From positions 192,001 through 256,000 of the forward strand of contig JBNKCR010000098.1 in NCBI GenBank assembly GCA_050287845.1: 64,000 bases of DNA. Direction: 5' to 3'. Both the position numbers and the translations under genes were made by a program. This document shows positions 58,393 through 64,000 of this stretch, piece by piece. The notes beneath the pieces were generated by a model, which made no database searches, was not told where the DNA came from, and worked only from the letters and a program-made list of their open reading frames with translations. Position 1 is the stretch's first letter; every line of letters begins with the position of its first letter. Source of the stretch: Polyangia bacterium. GTDB taxonomy: Bacteria; Myxococcota_A; Polyangia; JAAYKL01.

Positions 58393-58474
58393 AGGCAAAA
58401 CGGACATCTTTCGATGGATACGGGACTTCTGGAAGTCGCCCTGACTACCTACAGGGCTGTGTTTTTATTTGCCT
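58393..58474 (-). ncRNA. yjdF (azaaromatic-sensing) riboswitch aptamer
   Basis: AGGCAAA-TAAAAACACA-GCCCTG(TAGGTAGT)CAGGGC-GACTTC(CA)GAAGTC-CCGTATC-CATC(GAAA)GATG-TCCGT-TTTGCCT, directly upstream of yjdF. Has the AAAACAC, GGUAGUC and GAUGUCC hallmarks. Confidence 0.85.
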
Positions 58475-58592
58475 GAAAAAAACGTCATTTAATGTGTAGA
58501 AAATAGCTGGAATCTCTGCAACATGTTTTTCAACAAAATTATCGTGGCGAACCGACGCCGTGAGGCATTTTCATACAACAGGAGAGACAGCT

Positions 58593-58739
58593 CTTTCGCC
58601 GTTTCCAGCACACTTGAAAAGTGAAGACTTTCCACCATCCCAGGATCCAGCAGGGTTTGACAGAGAGGCTTTTCATGAAGAACTGAAAAAAAAGATACGT
58701 CACTTTTTTGAGGCAACTTCCGGGTATACAGGCATGTGA
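58593..58739 (+). pseudogene. C-terminal remnant of a dienelactone-hydrolase-like alpha/beta hydrolase
   Basis: LSPFPAHLKSEDFPPSQDPAGFDREAFHEELKKKIRHFF* resembles the family tail (..HFSFLSP..DP.GFDR.AFH); no upstream domain is present. Confidence 0.6.
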
Positions 58740-58780
58740 CGGTTCGCTCTGACATGATTCCGGACAACGCCAACCTGTTG

Positions 58781-59206
58781 TTATAGATTCTTAATGTATT
58801 TTTCCGGATTTTCGTCAAACCTGGGTTTGCAGCCGGGGCAGCAGAATACATATGTTTTGCCTTTATATACGCTGTGGGTTGAATTGGGTGTCACTTCAAA
58901 TTCGTTTTTCAATACCGGACAAAACGCCCTCGTACCAGTTGCCGGCATTCCATCGAATCCGTTTCTCACCGTCGCTGCAGTTCTGTTCTTTGAGAGTGCT
59001 CCAGCCAAATGGTTGTGCCCCCCGTCTCCCTGATGCCCATCGTGATTCATTGCGCCATAATTCATTGCGCCGTGATTCATCATTTCAGGCCCCATCCAAT
59101 CTGGCGGCTCGTTCTCCGAAGCCAGAGCGTTGTTCCCGCAGGCGGCGATGCTGAATGCAATAAGAGCGAATACGGCAACACCAACAATAAAAATTGATTT
59201 TTTCAT
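58781..59206 (-). CDS. YHS-domain lipoprotein with Met/His-rich segment (probable copper binding)
   Basis: Lipobox IAAC; MMNHGAMNYGAMNHDGHQGDGGHNH; CPV...YKGKTYVFCCPGCKPRFDENPEKY. Confidence 0.88.
   Translation of the reverse strand: MKKSIFIVGVAVFALIAFSIAACGNNALASENEPPDWMGPEMMNHGAMNYGAMNHDGHQGDGGHNHLAGALSKNRTAATVRNGFDGMPATGTRAFCPVLKNEFEVTPNSTHSVYKGKTYVFCCPGCKPRFDENPEKYIKNL
59036..59080 (-). repeat. 3 x 15-nt tandem repeat encoding MNHGA/MNYGA/MNHDG
   Basis: ATGAATCACGGCGCA ATGAATTATGGCGCA ATGAATCACGATGGG. Confidence 0.8.
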
Positions 59207-59260
59207 GATGTTCTCCTTAAAGCAAAGCCGCTATCGCGGCGTGTTGTGATCCAGCAGATG

Positions 59261-59276
59261 TGCAGCATGCGTGCCA
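59261..59276 (-). promoter_or_regulatory. sigma54 promoter for the YHS gene
   Basis: TGGCACG-CATG-CTGCA, near consensus, GG-N10-GC. Confidence 0.72.
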
Positions 59277-59345
59277 GCGATCAGGAATGGGGGAAACAGC
59301 GGCAGGTCAGGTAAAAGCAAACAGACAAAATGCTGGATTTGAGAG

Positions 59346-59368
59346 TATTGTCACCTTGTTTGACAATA
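59346..59368. promoter_or_regulatory. Palindromic upstream activator sequence (bEBP site candidate)
   Basis: TATTGTCA-N7-TGACAATA lying between two divergent sigma54 promoters. Confidence 0.6.
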
Positions 59369-59460
59369 TTATGAATCAGACGCCGGTTATCCGAATCCTT
59401 ACATGTTTTCATGGGAGCAACTCCCGGCTGGAAAACAGCTGATATCCTGTTGCGCCTCAA

Positions 59461-59476
59461 TGGCATATTGAATGCA
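59461..59476 (+). promoter_or_regulatory. sigma54 promoter for copA
   Basis: TGGCATA-TTGA-ATGCA, GG-N10-GC, about 67 bp upstream of ATG 59543. Confidence 0.6.
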
Positions 59477-59542
59477 TTTTTATCTTAACGTTGGGGCAAT
59501 ATTGCCTGAACATGACGCATAAGAATTAATAGGAGATAAACC

Positions 59543-61457
59543 ATGTCACAGCAGACCTCGAATGTGATTCAGCTTGATATTGTCGGTATGAGCTGTGCCA
59601 GCTGTGTTGCGCGGGTTGAGAAGGCGCTTTCGGCGGTGGAGGGAGTGCGTTCGGCCTCCGTGAATCTGGCCGACGACAGTGCGGGAGTTGAAGTGGATAG
59701 TCGTTTTTCACACACAGACGATTTGATCGCGGCGGTAAAAAAGTCTGGATACAGTGCTATTTTACACAGCGATGACACAGACCCGACCGATTCCGATGAC
59801 GCCCATCCTCGAAAATGGTCACTGGGCACAGTTGTACTGATATTTTCAGTGATATTGACATTGCCATTCCTGGTTCAGATGGCGGGGATGCTTTGGGGGG
59901 CTGGATGGGAGATGCCAATATGGTTGCAGCTGTCGCTGGCAATCCCGGTCCAGTTTGTTGCCGGGGCACGCTTTTATCGGGGCGCATGGGGCGCACTGCG
60001 AAACGGCTCCGGAAACATGGATACGCTGGTGGTGCTGGGAACTTCGGCGGCATTTGGCTTGAGCGTGGGGCAACTGGCGTTGACCGAAGGAACGCCACAT
60101 CTGTATTTTGAGGCGTCAGCCACCGTGATTACTCTGGTACTGCTGGGCAAATGGATGGAGGGACGCGCCCGGAACGCCACCGCGGCGGCCATTCGCGCCT
60201 TAACCAGACTGCAAAAACGCACAGATGAAAAAAGCGCCGGTGCAAAAACTGGTAGATCGGGTAGCGGCGATATTTGTGCCGGTGGTCGTGCTGATTGCTG
60301 TGGTCACTTTCATAGGTTGGTATTTGTATAACGGCGATTTCTCGGCGGCGACAATTACCGCGGTGTCGGTTCTGGTGATTGCCTGTCCGTGTGCCCTGGG
60401 ATTGGCCACACCAACAGCGATTATGGTGGGCACCGGCGTCGCCGCCCGTGCCGGCATTCTGGTAAAGGATGTGGATGCGTTGGAAATTGCACATCGGGTA
60501 GATACTGTGGTCCTTGATAAAACAGGCACCCTCACCGAAGGTAAACCCCGGGTCTCGGAAATTGTGTCGATGAATGGCAAAGATGCCGACTTGCTGGCGG
60601 TTGCGGCGGCGGCGCAACAGGGCAGCGAGCACCCTCTGGCACTGGCCATCCTGAATGAAGCGGAGTCGCGCAGCATCGCGGTCGGGTCGCCCGATGACTT
60701 TCAGAGTCTGTCCGGACAGGGGCTGCATGCAACGGTTTCGGGACATTCGGTTTTCATTGGAAACCGTGCACTGATGAAGGAGAAGTCCATAGACACATCG
60801 ATTCTGGAATCTGAAGCAGTTACATTTGAAGATGAGGGCAAAACGGTGATGTGGATTGCTGTGGAGGGCAATCTTGCTGGTGTGATTGCAGTGGGGGATA
60901 CCGTTAAACCTGATGCAGAAGCGTTTATCGCTGCGTTGCATCGACAGGGAAAATGGGTAGTGATGCTCACCGGAGATAATCGAAGAACGGCACGGGTGGT
61001 GGCGAACATGTTGCGGATTGACGATGTTGTCGCCGAAGTGCTGCCGGAGCACAAGGCGCAAAAGATTGAAGCGCTGCAGCGCGAGGGTCGCGTGGTAGCC
61101 ATGGTGGGAGACGGGGTGAACGATGCACCGGCGCTGGCGACAGCGGATCTCAGCGTGGCCATGGGCGCCGGAACAGATGTGGCGATGGCGACTGCAAAAA
61201 TTACCCTGATGCGTAGCAACCCGGTGCTGATACTGGATGCAATGACTCTTTCGGAGCGAACATTTAAAAAGATCAGACAAAATCTGTTTTGGGCGTTCAT
61301 TTACAATACGGTGGGCATTCCGCTGGCAGCGCTGGGATTTTTGAATCCGATGGTGGCAGGGGCGGCCATGGCCATGAGCAGTGTGAGTGTGGTTACCAAT
61401 TCACTACTGCTTAGACGGCAGAAACTGGTGGCAGGCCATCAGCAGTTCGTTAAATGA
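59543..61457 (+). pseudogene. copA: P1B-1 Cu(I)-exporting ATPase with actuator-domain deletion and frameshift
   Basis: Part 1: GMSCASC HMA, NMDTLV, YFEASA..LGKWMEGRAR. Part 2: [59 protein letters not shown]. No TGES region; frame change near 60213. Confidence 0.88.
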
Positions 61458-61614
61458 AACAAACGGGAACCGTCTGTACCTGTCATGCATCACCTTCTTA
61501 TCACCGCATATTCTGAAATCGTTGCTATCTGAGTCGCCAGCGTGTGAATTCGTTGACCTGCAGGTTGTTCAGCAGTATTGATTGTTCATAATTTTCCAAT
61601 CGAAAGGTTTTAAG

Positions 61615-62322
61615 ATGAATTTCGTTAGTAGAATGAAAATATCTGTTTTGGTGTTTTTGTTTATGGCGGTATCCGGAGCGGTGGTTTGTGCCGGTGAATC
61701 TGAAACGCGGGGCGATGACGGGGATACATCAGACAACTCCGCTGCAGCGGATAAAAAAGTGGGAAACAAATCTCTGGTGATTGCCGCCAAGGTCAGAGCA
61801 GGGGGGCGATTTGACAATGTGAGAATGTGCGTGGCCTCCCCTGCGGATACAAAGGGGGGGCCGACTGCGGACATCTCTCTTTCCACAGAAATTGCACTGA
61901 GCGATACGGTCAGTCTGGAAATGGATTTGCCGGTGTTTCGGCCGATTATGTTTGGTCTCTCCTTCAAGATGCTTCAGTTTGAGCCTTCGGTAAGCCTGCG
62001 CTTTCGCAAATTCGGGAAGGGAAGCACCGATTATATTCTGGGGCCGATGCTCGGCGTCTCATTGCATTACGGACCGGACTATCACTCAGAGAACTCGGGA
62101 GATGCCAGAGGACCTTCGTTTTTTGCCATGGGCCCCATGGTAGGTGGGTATTTGGGACTGGATTTCAAACGCCCCTGTCAGAAGTACAATTTTCAGTTAG
62201 GCATTACGCCATATGTTATTCCACTGTTCGGTATTAAGGACGACGAAGATCACAAAGGCATAGTAGTTGGGGGACTTGTTGATTTTGCATTCCGATTCGG
62301 CAAACCCAACGCGGCTCAATAA
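61615..62322 (+). CDS. Hypothetical exported protein, probable small outer-membrane beta-barrel
   Basis: Signal peptide; alternating-hydrophobicity strands; C-terminal VDFAFRF; RMCVASP motif. Confidence 0.62.
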   Translation: MNFVSRMKISVLVFLFMAVSGAVVCAGESETRGDDGDTSDNSAAADKKVGNKSLVIAAKVRAGGRFDNVRMCVASPADTKGGPTADISLSTEIALSDTVSLEMDLPVFRPIMFGLSFKMLQFEPSVSLRFRKFGKGSTDYILGPMLGVSLHYGPDYHSENSGDARGPSFFAMGPMVGGYLGLDFKRPCQKYNFQLGITPYVIPLFGIKDDEDHKGIVVGGLVDFAFRFGKPNAAQ

Positions 62323-62332
62323 TCGAACACAT

Positions 62333-64000
62333 TTACTGGCGTTTCATTTCTTTTTTGACTCGTCGTTCTTCTGTGGCGCTGTACAGAACCGGAACAACGA
62401 ACAGGGTCAGCAATACGATTGACATGCCGCCAAGGGAAGGCAACGCCATGGGAACCATGATGTCGGCGCCCTTTCCCTGAGAAGTGATTACGGGAATCAG
62501 GGCCAGCAGGGTGGTGCCGGTTGTCATCAGGCAGGGACGTACCCGCCGCATACCTGCTTCGAGTGTGAGTTTTCTCACTTCTTCAATTGACCGGGGGGTC
62601 GATTTCGAAAATCGCTGATGGAGATAGGTGGACATGATCACCCCATCGTCGGTGGCGATGCCTACCAGAGCGATAAATCCAACCCATACCGCCACCGAGA
62701 GATTTACCACATCAACCCGGAGCAGTGATCGCATGGATTCTCCAAAGACAGAAAAGTCCATGAACCATGGCTGGGCATATAGCCAGATGAGAATAAACCC
62801 GCCGGACACCGCCACCAGGACGCCGGAATAAATAATGACACTCAACACCACGCGATGAAACTGGAGATACAACAGGATGAACACCAGCGCCAGCGCAATG
62901 GGAACCAGTATCTTCAGCCGGTTTTCGCTGCGTACCTGGTTTTCGTAAGTGCCCGCAAATTTGTAGGTCACGCCTTCGGGACGGTGCAGTTCTCCGGATT
63001 TCAGTTTTTCGCTGATCAGCGCCTCCGCCTGTTCCACGGCAGTGACCTCAGCGATGTTGGGCACTTTATCGAACAGGACATATGAGGTGAGAAATGTGTC
63101 TTCAGACTTAATCATCTGCGGGCCTTTCACATATCGGATATGGGCCAGCTGGGACAGGGGAATATCCTGCCCCTGGGTGTTGGATACCGTAATGCGCTGC
63201 AGCGCCTCCACACTGTCTCTTTCTTCCCGCATGTACCGCACTCGCACGGGATAACGCTCGCGCCCCTCCACCGTTCTCGTCAGTGTTTTCCCCCCCAGCG
63301 CCACCTGCAGTACATCCTGTACATCGGTGATCAACAGGCCATACCGGCCAATGGCTTCCCGGTCGATGTCAATTTCAATGTATGGTTTGCCCACAACCCG
63401 ATCGGCGAATACGGTTTCCGGCCGCACCGCAGGCGATTTCTTCAACACCGATTCGAGGGCCAGACCAAATGCTTCGATGGATTCCAGGTTGGGGCCCTGC
63501 ACCTTGATGCCCATGGGAGCGCGCATCCCGCTCTGCAGCATTACAATTCTGGCCCCGATGGGCATGAGCACCGGAGCACTTGTGATGCCGGGACGATCGG
63601 CCGCCTTCACGATTTCATCCCATATGTCCCGGGGCGACCGAATATGATCCCGCCATTGTCGCACACGGGTGCCGTCTTTTTCAGTTCGGTATTCCGGTTT
63701 GTAGGTAATCACCGTTTCCAGCATGGAGACCGGCGCCGGATCAAGCGCACTGTCCACCCGACCCAGTTTGCCCACCACCCGATCCACTTCGGGAATCTGT
63801 GAAACGGCCATGTCCATCTCTGACATCATCTCCTCCACCGCGCCAATGGAACCGTGGGGCATGGTGGTTGGCATGTACAGATACGATCCTTCATCAAAGG
63901 GGGGCATGTACTCTCTGCCCAGACCGGGAAATGCGTGGGCTATTTTTGAAACAGCAGAATTCGTTTTTACGGATTGAGGCAGGAATCCAAACAGGGTGTT
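62333..64000 (-). CDS. cusA: CusA/CzcA-family heavy-metal efflux RND permease (5' end outside the window)
   Basis: GREYMPPFDEGSYLYMPT, VVGKLGRVDSALDPAP, VEGRERYPVRVRY, VGFIALVGIATDDGV, RVRPCLMT. Frame open to 64000. Confidence 0.9.
   Translation of the reverse strand, partial: NTLFGFLPQSVKTNSAVSKIAHAFPGLGREYMPPFDEGSYLYMPTTMPHGSIGAVEEMMSEMDMAVSQIPEVDRVVGKLGRVDSALDPAPVSMLETVITYKPEYRTEKDGTRVRQWRDHIRSPRDIWDEIVKAADRPGITSAPVLMPIGARIVMLQSGMRAPMGIKVQGPNLESIEAFGLALESVLKKSPAVRPETVFADRVVGKPYIEIDIDREAIGRYGLLITDVQDVLQVALGGKTLTRTVEGRERYPVRVRYMREERDSVEALQRITVSNTQGQDIPLSQLAHIRYVKGPQMIKSEDTFLTSYVLFDKVPNIAEVTAVEQAEALISEKLKSGELHRPEGVTYKFAGTYENQVRSENRLKILVPIALALVFILLYLQFHRVVLSVIIYSGVLVAVSGGFILIWLYAQPWFMDFSVFGESMRSLLRVDVVNLSVAVWVGFIALVGIATDDGVIMSTYLHQRFSKSTPRSIEEVRKLTLEAGMRRVRPCLMTTGTTLLALIPVITSQGKGADIMVPMALPSLGGMSIVLLTLFVVPVLYSATEERRVKKEMKRQ

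Noticed and set aside
58489..58851. 120-aa minus-strand ORF
   Set aside because: Overlaps the YHS gene, has no motifs, and the opposite strand carries the hydrolase remnant.
59450..59480. CueR/MerR-type 19-bp-spacer promoter for copA
   Set aside because: The -10 is poor and there is no ACCTTCC-N7-GGAAGGT dyad; a sigma54 element fits better.
60211..60217. Programmed frameshift producing a CopA(Z)-type chaperone
   Set aside because: The shift lies after four TM helices, not just after the HMA domain, and frameshifting cannot explain the missing actuator sequence.

Overview
A 64 kb chromosomal segment from a deltaproteobacterial-type organism, probably Myxococcota or a relative. This is inferred from a MYXO-CTERM tail, PEGA/TPR, GYF_2/AgmX-like and DUF4384-like proteins, and many hybrid histidine kinases. 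It holds about 45 genes. These include a SWIM-SNF2 helicase (partial, missed by the ORF track), a Ycf46-like AAA ATPase, many signalling genes, a PAS-GGDEF-hemerythrin cyclase, a nucleosidase/SPL-like radical SAM/SDR triad, an HTH-PTS EIIA plus ClC pair, a GH133-GT4-GH57-GT3/GT35 glycogen operon, xerD, HU, tadA, ygiQ and a copper locus (YHS protein, broken copA, cusA-like RND). The most notable observations: (1) a three-gene operon with an ECF sigma factor fused to its own ZAS/TM/DUF4384-like anti-sigma, an exported caspase with a predicted C-terminal beta-barrel, and a DNRLRE-like lipoprotein; (2) two orphan, domain-trimmed type III secretion parts (SctV/FlhA lacking D1-D2; SctJ/FliF with one ring motif); (3) a yjdF-class riboswitch with an SD-sequestering expression platform; (4) divergent sigma54 promoters sharing a palindromic enhancer in the copper locus; (5) a ~295 bp internally deleted IS66 with both terminal inverted repeats; (6) copA lacking its actuator domain. 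No tRNA, rRNA or CRISPR array was seen. All family assignments come from reading motifs by eye, not from database searches.
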